The translations under genes and the position numbers were made by a program. Under the pieces are notes generated by a model. It was not told the origin of the DNA, did no database searches, and was given only the letters and a program-made list of their open reading frames with translations. DNA of 63,917 bases, the filler included, from Octopus bimaculoides (lineage: Eukaryota): the NCBI RefSeq assembly GCF_001194135.2. It is 8 parts of 7 records of this genome, joined end to end, with 100 filler letters (N's around TTAATTAATTAA, not from the genome) between each part and the next. Parts side by side here need not be neighbours in the genome. Positions count along the whole stretch, not along the records: positions 46,821 to 54,424 come from NC_068992.1; positions 54,525 to 60,187 come from NC_068988.1; positions 60,288 to 62,752 come from NC_069000.1; positions 62,853 to 63,917 come from NW_026365797.1; 4 more parts are not named here. One strand, written 5' to 3'. Below are positions 51,510 to 63,917 of this stretch, in pieces. Each line of letters starts with the position of its first letter. The first letter of the stretch is position 1.

Positions 51510-53227
51510 CAGCTACTGAGTGAAACATTATTTATGACATTTTCAATGTTGACGTTACGATGCGGAAAGGAAGTTTCCTTTCGGAAATTCTTCCACTCAT
51601 TGTGCAATCGCCTTCCTTTTTGTGCTTCCGGTATTTAAGCCCTATTGATATCGTTTGCTTTAATGATAGTTTCTTCACAGCTTAAATTACGTGACTTGTT
51701 GTTAGTATTGAATTTGCCCTGCACTGATNNNNNNNNNNNNNNNNNNNNNNNNNNNNNNNNNNNNNNNNNNNNNNNNNNNNNNNNNNNNNNNNNNNNNNNN
51801 NNNNNNNNNNNNNNNNNNNNNNNNNNNNNNNNNNNNNNNNNNNNNNNNNNNNNNNNNNNNNNNNNNNNNNNNNNNNNNNNNNNNNNNNNNNNNNNNNNNN
51901 NNNNNNNNNNNNNNNNNNNNNNNNNNNNNNNNNNNNNNNNNNNNNNNNNNNNNNNNNNNNNNNNNNNNNNNNNNNNNNNNNNNNNNNNNNNNNNNNNNNN
52001 NNNNNNNNNNNNNNNNNNNNNNNNNNNNNNNNNNNNNNNNNNNNNNNNNNNNNNNNNNNNNNNNNNNNNNNNNNNNNNNNNNNNNNNNNNNNNNNNNNNN
52101 NNNNNNNNNNNNNNNNNNNNNNNNNNNNNNNNNNNNNNNNNNNNNNNNNNNNNNNNNNNNNNNNNNNNNNNNNNNNNNNNNNNNNNNNNNNNNNNNNNNN
52201 NNNNNNNNNNNNNNNNNNNNNNNNNNNNNNNNNNNNNNNNNNNNNNNNNNNNNNNNNNNNNNNNNNNNNNNNNNNNNNNNNNNNNNNNNNNNNNNNNNNN
52301 NNNNNNNNNNNNNNNNNNNNNNNNNNNNNNNNNNNNNNNNNNNNNNNNNNNNNNNNNNNNNNNNNNNNNNNNNATAATCTTGAAAGCGCAGAACTTGAGT
52401 AACCTTTTTCTACATCCCCCCCCATCCCCGCCACCCTCTCACATACACACGCACACATCATACACTAATTAGAATGTGGATTTTCTTCATTGGTTAGATA
52501 TTAGCTTTGAAATCTATTTTGTGGAAGTTTTTGTTTTTCTTCTTTTGTTCAGATAAGTTGTAATCTGAAAATAGAAATGTCAAGATAAATATTATAAAAT
52601 AAATGAGCTTTACAGATTTAACCAGAGGAAAGATGGTTGATATGATCAGTCTTCGTCGTGGTTAGAGAATTTTAATAAGAACCAAAAGTTCCACTATCCA
52701 TACTGAACCGTTTGGGAAATAATTTATTCATCAATTATATATATGATCGATTTACCCACGAAATAAATTACACTTGAACCGGATTAGAATAAAGGTTCAA
52801 GACTGTCGATAATATTATTCTTATTAAGTTCATTTCTTGGTACAGCCTTAATAGGACAGATCTATAGTCAAAGACGTTCCTGTCGTGTCAGATATGATGT
52901 CAATGGTAGAAAATGAAAATCCGACAAAGGCGCACTACACGTCTGCACGTGACATCCGGAAACTGACGCGGCCTATCAGGGCGAAAATTTCCATGCTTAC
53001 TCAGGACGGATGGCGTCACCTTCCACCGAAAAGATTTTGTCCATGCAATCTTAGTTTTAACAGGGAAAAAATAAAATCAGATACCTTTTGAACGCATCTC
53101 GTAAATATTTGGGTTAACAGAATTGACTGAATCCTTTGAACTCGGTGACCCAGCATGGCCACAGATTGAACCCAATAAAAATAATGTGAGTATTAACTTG
53201 TTATAATACAAATATCAAAATGATCAA

Positions 53228-53472
53228 AGGTCTTTCTCGATCCATCGGTTCATAAGGCTGGTGACCCGGATACTTTGACGTATATATTCCTCGTTGGATG
53301 GGTCACATGTTCATCGCAGGATTACTCTCATTTTTGCCAGCCGAGTGAACGGCAACAACGTGAAATGAAATGCTTTGCTCAAGAATACAACAGATTTCTC
53401 TGTCCAGGAATCGAAACGACAATCTTTTGATCATGAGTACAACACCCTAACCACTAAGCTACGCACCTCCAC
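53228..53472 (-). mobile_element. Diverged tRNA-derived SINE, mosaic of family A/E parts
   Basis: GTGGAGGTGCGTAGCTTAGTGGTTAGGG head, GTTTCGATTCC B box, TTCTTGAGCAAAGCA core, CCTGCGATG tail. Confidence 0.65.
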
Positions 53473-53819
53473 TTACACGCGCGCACACACACACAGACAC
53501 AGAGTAAAGTGCATTAATATGACAGGCTAAATTTAAATATGTTTGTAATATATAAATCAAAGTAATATTTATAGTAAATGGCTCTGAGTGCAGCATGGAT
53601 TATGTTGGATTAATTTCGTTTAAATAACACACAGAACTTTTATACTCTGGATAATTGAGAAAGAGAGGTTAAATGTTGCTATTAGGTCATACTCGCGTGG
53701 TATCATCGCCTCATTCTTGTATCACCACTACATAAGCAATTGAAATGTCGGCGTCAACGGAGGAGATTGCGCAGCCGCTTGACCTTCTAGAATTAGTAAG
53801 TAAATATCTGAAACTGAAA

Positions 53820-54025
53820 TAATAATAATCCTTTCTACAATAGGCTTAAGGCCTGAAATTTTGGAGGAGGGGGCTAGACGATTACATCGACCCTAGTGTT
53901 CAACTGGTACTTATATTATCGTAACGCAAAGTCGATCTCGGCGGAATTTGAACTCAGAGCGTAGCAGCAGACGAATTACTGCTAAGCACTTCGCCCGGCG
54001 TGTTAACGATTCTACCAGCTCGCCG
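53820..54025 (-). mobile_element. SINE family B copy
   Basis: Reverse complement of family B head and core; abuts (AAT)n at 54031. Confidence 0.85.
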
Positions 54026-54030
54026 CTTTC

Positions 54031-54069
<39 letters not shown>

Positions 54070-54424
54070 GCAAAACAAAAAACTGTTTTCAGTATTTAAG
54101 GAAGCTGACAAATACAAACAAGAAATCAATCTACCTAACAAATACGAAGAAGAAGAAGAAGAAACAACAAAAGCTATAAAACAAATGAAATCCAAACTAA
54201 AACTAGAACAGCAACGGACCATGATAAAACGATGGCAAGAAAAGCCCCTACATGGTAAATACTGGGCTAAACTAAATGCGAAAGAAATAGACAGAGAAAA
54301 ATCCCAGCAATGGCTGAGAAGCTCAGGACTCAAAGCAGAGACTGAAGGATTTTTAATTGCTGCACAAGACCAAAGCCTCCCCACCAGAAATTACCAAAAA
54401 CACATAATGAAAAGAAATATAACA
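54031..54424 (+). mobile_element. (TAA)n tract followed by 5'-truncated R4/Dong-like LINE fragment running into a gap
   Basis: RWQEKPLHGKYW...QWLRSSGLKAETEGFLIAAQDQSLPTRNYQKHI is the conserved region preceding the CCHC knuckle in R4-clade REL LINEs. Confidence 0.85.
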
Positions 54425-54635
54425 NNNNNNNNNNNNNNNNNNNNNNNNNNNNNNNNNNNNNNNNNNNNTTAATTAATTAANNNNNNNNNNNNNNNNNNNN
54501 NNNNNNNNNNNNNNNNNNNNNNNNGTTGGGGTTTCTTTACTGCGAGTAGGATGACAAAGTCAGGATGCAGAAACGAATTATATAATATTATGATATAGCG
54601 TGGGTTTCTATATGGAATATATACACATAAACACC

Positions 54636-54706
<71 letters not shown>

Positions 54707-55142
54707 TACACGTGCAAAACTGTTTATTCGCAGAAATATACGAGCAAATGCAGGATTTGAAACTAGGTTAAAATGGAAACTTAGAAAGATATAATACGAT
54801 TATTATATAGCGTTGTTGCATCTGGTTTCAACCAAATAATCATTTTTTAAAAAAACTTATGATTTCAGAGTTAGCTGCGACATCATCAGAAGTAACCGAA
54901 AAGCTGCTTTTTCGTATGATTTCCGAAGTCTTATCACATAATACATTGAAAAACTTCCATAAGAAGCTGTATAATTCTGAGAGTCTTCAATATTAAAGAA
55001 AAATTACTTCAGACCTGTGTCAGCTCTTTCTTTATTAATGAATTATTCTGACTGATGATTGCAGTTGAAATTAATTATTTGCTAATCTATCGATTTCCCT
55101 TATCATCATTGTCATCAACGTCGTCATCATCGTTGCCATTAA

Positions 55143-55760
<618 letters not shown>

Positions 55761-55767
55761 TATTATT

Positions 55768-57075
55768 TCTCTTTATCACAGGTTTTGCTGGAGCTCTTGG
55801 AGTCTTGCATGCATAGCAGGCTTTACTACCTGCAGCCTACGGTATCATGCTATCCGTTCTTTTCAGTTATCTAACACTTTTCTGATTATTCTGGCCATGC
55901 CAAGGAGGCAGACCTTTTGTAACAGTTCTACTGGGCCCTCTATTCCAATTTCCTTTATATTCCCATTGATGCCTTCTGATACTGTTCCCAAAGACCCAAC
56001 AATAATTGGCACTACCTTCACCTTCTTCATTTTCCATAGTCGGGCTATTTCGTACTTAAGAGGGTTGTATTTATCTATCTTTTCGCCTTCCTTCTCGACT
56101 ATTCGTGGATCAGAAGGGCATGCAACATCAACTATATAGCATATGTGGTGCACCTTGTCCACTACTACTAGGTCCAGTCTGTTATACTCTAGCACTTGAT
56201 CTGTTTGGATTGGGAAATCCCTGAGGATTTTGCTAGTCTCCATCTCCACCACTCTCTGCGGTTCGTACTTATACCACGTCTTGCCTCTTTCTAGTCCCTA
56301 CTTTTCGCACAGTTTCCAATGTAACATTTTCGCTCCCTGATCGTGTCGCCACAACTTGTAGTGGTTTTGGGCAAGTCTAGGACCTTTGGGTACAAGCAGT
56401 CTCTGGATAACGACCGGGCCTACGCTGCTCAACCACAGGGCACCTGCCGGGCGAAAGGCTTTCAACTTTGGTTCCAGCCCCCCTAACACCATTATTTGAT
56501 ACATTTATGTTAGACATTTTCATTCAGCAATGGGGTTTGTGTTTTACGGTTAAACACCAACCGGTATTTTTATCGAGACACCATCTCTTGTAAAATTGTC
56601 AACCAAGACTGAAGAGCTCTTACTACCCATAAGTTGGGCCTCTTCTCTTCACATTCCTGTGTGTTGGGGACCATGATCATGATTCTCACTAGGAGACAGG
56701 TGAACATCAGTCGGTCCCATATCTTCATCCAAATATTGCTCCGGAGTTAAGTCTCGCTTCGCGGTTTATTCACCTTCATTCCAGGGAATGGCGCCATTGG
56801 ACGCTGACAGGTTGTCACCACTGTGACAAAGGAGACCTATCTACCCCAGTTTTTAAATCAGTGTTCCCTCTCCTAGACAGACTGCCAGTCAACAGTCACG
56901 AGTTCTGTCCACCTGTTTTCGGAATGGCCATTGACTCTTCTGAGTCCCTCTGTCCTTTGCCGAGTTTTGTTTCTAATTCCGCAGGGTGTCGAGAAACCAA
57001 CCTCCTCACTAAGCAAGCTTAGTGGGGTTGCCGGTTTGATCGCCGACGCCTCGACGGTTTCACAACACCACTTGT
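55768..57075 (-). mobile_element. Internally deleted R4/Dong-like LINE: 5' UTR + ORF start fused to REL endonuclease C-terminus + 3' UTR
   Basis: PRLAQNHYKLWRHDQ (RHD motif), RDFPIQTDQVLEYNRLDLVVVDK...IVDVACPSD...EKIDKY (PD-(D/E)xK), PIIVGSLG, LQKVCLLGMARIIRKVL. No RT domain between the GC-richer 5' segment and RHD. Confidence 0.8.
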
Positions 57076-57365
57076 TAATTATTCTGTGTTATTATTTACT
57101 TGTTCACTATTATAATTCCACTGTTACTACAGTAATCCCTACCTTATTATTTACTTGTTTACTACTATAGTTTCCCTGTTTTTATTATTTGTTTGGTTTT
57201 TTTTTTAAACCTTAGCATGCTATGCATATGGGATCTTTTCAATCTGAGTCACAGATTTTTTAATTAATTTTTTTTAAACTAAACAGTTTGAAACTTCGGA
57301 TATTGGTTGACTGAGAGTGAAAAGGTCCTGCCTGTGTCCCTTCTTTTTCAGTGTATACCGTGTAT

Positions 57366-57841
<476 letters not shown>

Positions 57842-58844
57842 CATCATTATTATTATTATTAAGGCGGCGAGCTGGCAGAATCGCCAGCACACCGGTTAAG
57901 ATGCTTTGCAGGATTTGGTCCGTCTTTACATTCTGAATCTAAATTCCGCCGAAGTCGACTTTGCCTCAATTTCTCCTCAGCTTCAAAGACAAAAGCATCA
58001 CGCAAACGGTCAATCATTCATTTTGGCCGATTAGCCAAGATTTCGACCAATTCGTTGACCATTCAAATTGTCATATTTCCCAAGATATTCATCCAAATTT
58101 TACAAATGAGGTATCAAAATCTTTCTTTTTTGGGGGGATGCTCTCCAAGGAAAAGTAGAATAGAAATTACAGTTGCATATTTTCAAAAATTCATAGTAAT
58201 ACTTACTAGTCGTATCCCATTCCACGGTTATTTTGAAAATTGTATGACGGAATTATATATTTTTCTGAACCATTAGAACCTTGAGATGATGTAAAAGTCC
58301 ATATAAATAGTATTAAAGGTGCAATATCTAGAAAAAACATCTCTGAAAGTTATTATATCGTTACATCTACTTTGTGAGTTGTTATTTTCCACTTTATGCT
58401 AAGATGTAAAAAGCTTTCATTAAGGATTAAAATCAAAGACATTATCTATAATATTATTGTTTTACAACGTTGGTGAAAATTTAACAAATCATAAAACGGT
58501 TATTTGAAAAACTATCAAAATACCTTAGCCTAAAACTTATCATTCTTTCTTTTGTTGTCGGCCATATTTGACAAGTTTTCACTGAGCAGACGATAGTGAA
58601 TTCACAACAGCGCATGCGTCAATTAATCGACCATATAAAAATAAAAAAAACGAAAAACTAACACGCTTCGCTCTCTTTCTCTCTCTTTTTCTCTCTCGCT
58701 CTCCCTCTCTTTCTTTATCCCTATTATTCTTTCTTCCTCTCTTTCTTTCCCCTCTCTCTCTTTCTCTCCACCTCTTCCCTCAACTATTTAATCGCACCAT
58801 AATAGCAATCCTTTCCTCATAGCTCTCACAGCTAACCACCCTTT

Positions 58845-58888
<44 letters not shown>

Positions 58889-59401
58889 NNNNNNNNNNCT
58901 CTCTCTCTCTCTCTCTCACTCACTATCTCTCTCCCCCTCTCTCTCTCTCTCTTCTCCTCACCCTTCAACTAATCACAGCATTTCATGTTTTGCATATTAA
59001 TATAGAGACATGAAGTTTTAAATACGCATTTAAACCTTCCTCCTTCACCGATTTGATTAATTTTTCCACAACCATCGGAGCGCTCTTCTAGACCGCAAAA
59101 GTACCCTGTTGAGGTGTTGCAATTCCAATGAAGGAGCCTAGGATTTAGGTTAGAAACCGGATCTTTCTCTATTGGCAAGATATCTTGAAATAAAACTGAA
59201 TTCTTCGGACACAATAATAATTATAATAATAACAGAAACCAATAAAACCATTAGCAATTTTGTTTTTATTTTTACTAGAATCAACTACAATATCGTATTG
59301 TTGTTAAGACGGCAGGAAATAAAAGCTCGAAGCTATTCTACCCACTTCTTTAAGAGGGTCAAAAAAAGAAAGATGTTTTTGAAATCATTGTATAATGATA
59401 C

Positions 59402-59460
59402 TTGAGAGAAACGTTTGGAAGCCATACTTTCAGCTCTTTGGATTGCTTCCGTTGTTAATC
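59402..59460 (-). CDS. Internal exon of minus-strand gene: (G)LTTEAIQRAESMASKRFSQ
   Basis: Strong acceptor TTGTTTTTACTTTATCATTTCAG, donor CAA|GTATCA, 59 nt, only the phase 1 to 0 frame open; joins 47132-47235 as ...ASKRFSQ-VRSIDRR... Confidence 0.6.
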
Positions 59461-60287
59461 CTGAAATGATAAAGTAAAAACAATATCTTATTTGGTTTGG
59501 TAACATGAATATAATGGTTACAAGACAGAACAGGGAATCTTTTCTTTCTTCCTCTCTTAACCTTCTTTCTTTTGCCAATATCTTAGTTTGCTCAAGTTTA
59601 AATGTATGTATGTATGTATGTATGTATGTATGTATGCATGCATGTATGTGTGTGTGTATGAGGGGTGCTGTTGTGTGTGTGTATGTGTGCGTCTGTGTAT
59701 GTATGCGTGTGTATGTGTGTGTGTGTCTGTATGTATGTGTGTTTATGTGCATGTGAGTGTGTGTGTGTGTCTGTATGTATGTGTGTTTATGAGCATGTGA
59801 GTGTGTGTGTGTCTGTATATGTATGTCATTTCCATTTTTAAATTATTATAAATCTTCCACTGAGTGGGGAGTCTGTTTCCAACAAAGATAACCATTTTTT
59901 AAAACAACAAAGCTTATACAAAGCTTTACATTTTATTTTTGATAATCTTTTTTTAAAAAAGTGAAACCGGTCAAGTCAACAAACTTCTTTAAAAGACTGC
60001 TGCATTTTCAAATCTTCTTTCCTAAATATTTTCACTCGGTACCTTGCAAGTTTACTTTGTTATATATATATATATATCATTTTATTTTATCTAGTTTTAG
60101 CTCATGAGCTGAGATCATGCTGGGGCACCGCCATTTGGTATTACTACACAATTTTATATACATACATACATATATATATACATATATNNNNNNNNNNNNN
60201 NNNNNNNNNNNNNNNNNNNNNNNNNNNNNNNTTAATTAATTAANNNNNNNNNNNNNNNNNNNNNNNNNNNNNNNNNNNNNNNNNNNN

Positions 60288-60339
<52 letters not shown>

Positions 60340-60450
60340 AGCTGAGTGAAGAAATCCGATCTTAGTTATTCAAACATGTACTTTATGTTAAAAATACTGT
60401 CTATAATATTTACGAAGAGCAGATTCCAGGACAGCTGAAAAAAACAAAAC

Positions 60451-60787
60451 TGAGTAACAAAGAGTTACAAGTGTCAGTCCGTTACGGCCGTTTCCAACGA
60501 CTCCTTTAACTAATTAATGGAAAAATTACATCATTGTAAAGAAACCGCTTTCGTCAGATGAATTTATGAGCTTCAAAAATAAAGGACAATTTTACTGCCA
60601 ACTGAATAGAAGCAGAATCAATGTAAATATTTTTGCTCCGTGAATTTGTAACTATATTAAATTACGTTTGAAGTTCATGGATTCATCGGACGGTTTCTTT
60701 ACGATGATGGAATGCTTTCATTAATCAATTAAAGGAGTCGTTGGAAACAGCCGTAATGGATTGACATCTATACCTCTTTGTTACTCA
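60451..60787. repeat. Foldback element 1 (about 125-bp imperfect inverted arms)
   Basis: Left arm 60451-60577 is the reverse complement of right arm 60667-60787 with scattered mismatches. Confidence 0.9.
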
Positions 60788-60810
60788 CCTATATATATNN
60801 NNNNNNNNAA

Positions 60811-61240
60811 CAAACAAATTGACCAACATCGGTTAATTATTTTTTAATACAAAACATAACATAACATAACATTTCTTATGGCCGTTTCAGCTGCCGATAT
60901 GATAATCGGCGTTTACAAAGAAAATTCCGAAAATAATATTCGCCATCTTTAGAGCACATTCGATCTAGTACATGGAGCTTCATCAGAGTGAATACAAATA
61001 CATAAAATAAACTCTTCCCTCTTCCCTTCATTTATTTTATTTTTTTGTATTTGTATTCACTCTGATGAAGCTCAATGAACTAGATTGAAAGTGCTATAAA
61101 GATAGCAAATATTATTTTCGGAATTTTCTTTGTAAACACCGATTGAGTCTGGCAGCCGAAACGGCCGTAAGAAATGTTATGTAATGCTATGCTACGTTTT
61201 GTATTAAAAAATAATTAACCGATGTTGGTCAATTTGTTTG
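60811..61240. repeat. Foldback element 2 (about 200-bp imperfect inverted arms, about 20-nt purine/pyrimidine loop)
   Basis: CAAACAAATTGACCAACATCGGTTAATT... pairs with ...AATTAACCGATGTTGGTCAATTTGTTTG; loop CTCTTCCCTCTTCCCTTCA. Confidence 0.92.
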
Positions 61241-62200
61241 CATGATAATCAAAAATTTTCTCCATTTTCTGCTTATTTAAATTATATATATATATATATA
61301 TTATTTCTTACTTGTTTCAGTTATTAGATTACAGTCATGATGGACTCGGCCTCGAAGAAGTTTAGTTGAATGAATCGAGCCCCGAGCATCTTTTTCTTGT
61401 GGCTGGTACTTCTTATGTCGGTCTTTTATGCGGAACCGCCGAGTTAAGAGAACGTAAGCACACCAACACTAGTTGTCAAGAGGTGGCGAGAGAAAACACA
61501 GACATAACCCTACACACACACNNNNNNNNNNNNNNNNNNNNNNNNNNNNNNNNNNNNNNNNNNNNNNNNNNNNNNNNNNNNNNNNNNNNNNNNNNNNNNN
61601 NNNNNNNNNNNNNNNNNNNNNNNNNNNNNNNNNNNNNNNNNNNNNNNNNNNNNNNNNNNNNNNNNNNNNNNNNNNNNNNNNNNNNNNNNNNNNNNNNNNN
61701 NNNNNNNNNNNNNNNNNNNNNNNNNNNNNNNNNNNNNNNNNNNNNNNNNNNNNNNNNNNNNNNNNNNNNNNNNNNNNNNNNNNNNNNNNNNNNNNNNNNN
61801 NNNNNNNNNNNNNNNNNNNNNNNNNNNNNNNNNNNNNNNNNNNNNNNNNNNNNNNNNNNNNNNNNNNNNNNNNNNNNNNNNNNNNNNNNNNNNNNNNNNN
61901 NNNNNNNNNNNNNNNNNNNNNNNNNNNNNNNNNNNNNNNNNNNNNNNNNNNNNNNNNNNNNNNNNNNNNNNNNNNNNNNNNNNNNNNNNNNNNNNNNNNN
62001 NNNNNNNNNNNNNNNNNNNNNNNNNNNNNNNNNNNNNNNNNNNNNNNNNNNNNNNNNNNNNNNNNNNNNNNNNNNNNNNNNNNNNNNNNNNNNNNNNNNN
62101 NNNNNNNNNNNNNNNNNNNNNNNNNNNNNNNNNNNNNNNNNNNNNNNNNTGTACGTACGTATATATGTATGTATATATATATATGTATGTGATGTGTGTG

Positions 62201-62293
<93 letters not shown>

Positions 62294-62666
62294 ATTTATA
62301 TACAGACCAGGAGAGAGAGAGGAGTGATTGGTACATCTCTTTTACTCGCACATGAATAGCTGGGACATAATCCCTTTCGTCTAATGGGAAATAAACTGCC
62401 TGTTGACAATCTAACTGACAACTACGCCATAGAAATCTCAGACACTGTCTCTTCACATACAATAAAAGTCACTTTCTTGAATGAGTTATAATAACAAGAT
62501 ATTTATATTTCTTATATATGACATTTGATAATCAGTTGCTGAGAATCAGTTCCCTTCTTCCTTATTCCTTTTTCCGTTGTCTTTGTCTTTCTTTCTGTCT
62601 CTTTGTATCTATCAGTATACACTGTATATAAACATACATACATGCATACATACATACATACATACA

Positions 62667-62700
<34 letters not shown>

Positions 62701-62721
62701 CATGTGTGTGTGTGCCTGTAT

Positions 62722-62752
<31 letters not shown>

Positions 62753-62852
62753 NNNNNNNNNNNNNNNNNNNNNNNNNNNNNNNNNNNNNNNNNNNNTTAA
62801 TTAATTAANNNNNNNNNNNNNNNNNNNNNNNNNNNNNNNNNNNNNNNNNNNN

Positions 62853-63560
62853 CATTAGTCATGTTTTTTTTATCCAAAACTACGTAAAAAGTACTGAATG
62901 GATCCTTATGAAATTTGGAAATTATATTCTATGCATAACGGCCATAACCACCATGAAAATTCATATATTTTTGATGTTGATGAAATTTTAACCAACAGAT
63001 TACACACAAATGCACACAAATTACAGATTACACACAAATAAAGTAATATTTCTAAAATTTCTTCTTAGAAGTTACACCCACAATTTAGTCATTTTTCCTA
63101 AGCAAAGACGAATACAGTTGTACTATTTGAACCTATAGGGTCTACCGAACATAACAGATAAGCATTATTTGTAATTCAACGGTACAACAGTGTAAGACTA
63201 TCCTTTCAGATATACTTACATTGTGATTTCTGCAATGTGGTGCATAAATTGTCAAGTAAATGAGACGCATCTTTGCCTCCACTGATTCACTTGCAAAGTG
63301 TTGAGTAAAATTATTTCGTTGCAGACCTCCTTTCAGTCATTTTATTATCACTGAGTCACACATAGTCCCCAGTTGATTTCAAGGCCTTCCCAGATGAGTG
63401 ACTGGTTGTTCTAAGACATTTATTGATTGTAAATTTTTCTGCAGTTACCTATCGGTATAGTGGTCATTTGCAAACTCCAGAGGCGACACTTTCATTTCCC
63501 TTTACTCCAAATTTCACACGTTCTTATTTCAATTGGGTCATGCCCTTCCAGTTGCTATAG
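62853..63560 (+). mobile_element. Probable second Helitron-related element (ends not resolved)
   Basis: 63250-63415 matches, in opposite orientation, 30995-31160 inside the Helitron; 5' part follows a (TA)n tract and gap. Confidence 0.4.
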
Positions 63561-63917
63561 ATCCGTAATGCATCTTACAGCTGTGTCTGTCACCTGTATG
63601 GTGAGGAATCCTACATTGGGGAGTAATAATGACTATGCTCGGGTAGCCGACTGATTATCGTGATCATTCGTCTTTTGGTTTCCTGTAGCTTTACTCTCTT
63701 TTACAAACCCAGTGAACATACATATATTTCCGATTTCAAAGAAATTCAAACAATACATATTACACCCAAGTTAAAAACATTCCCAACAATTCAACTTCTC
63801 TGCTTGACATTAACACACCCACCTTCAATAGGGGCCTTAACTCCTACATTTTTCAGCTCCAAGAACTTCATTCTTCATGAGCAAAATCCTTTTTACAGGG
63901 TCCATAACACTAGAATT

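Overview
AT-rich, microsatellite-dense animal genomic DNA from a draft assembly with many N gaps; seven gaps carry an artificial 44N-TTAATTAATTAA-44N spacer. The repeat content (several abundant tRNA-derived SINE families, Penelope-like, RTE and R4/Dong-like LINEs, mariner, hAT, Helitron) looks to me like a coleoid cephalopod (octopus) genome; this is pattern recognition, not a database result. Almost every ORF in the supplied track is microsatellite, gap or transposon noise. Reading splice sites by hand gives a minus-strand multi-exon gene that the track misses: exons 59402-59460, 47132-47235, 12482-12633 and terminal exon 11645-11805 are mutually phase-compatible, and 12482-12633 encodes the PDLIM/Zasp-type motif LQSRSFRILQETLE. 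Whether all four belong to one transcript is inferred. Most interesting non-genic signals: (1) a Penelope-like element whose 3' region contains a tRNA-like Pol III module followed by a minimal hammerhead ribozyme fold; (2) two adjacent long foldback elements sharing hammerhead-like core words; (3) a 554-bp MITE with an 8-bp TSD and a central (TTAGGG)4 array; (4) a mariner fragment ending in a perfect splice donor in frame with the host motif exon; (5) an internally deleted R4/Dong-like LINE in degenerate TAA repeats; (6) dimeric and mosaic SINEs. No prokaryotic features, CRISPR array, rRNA or convincing tRNA gene were seen.
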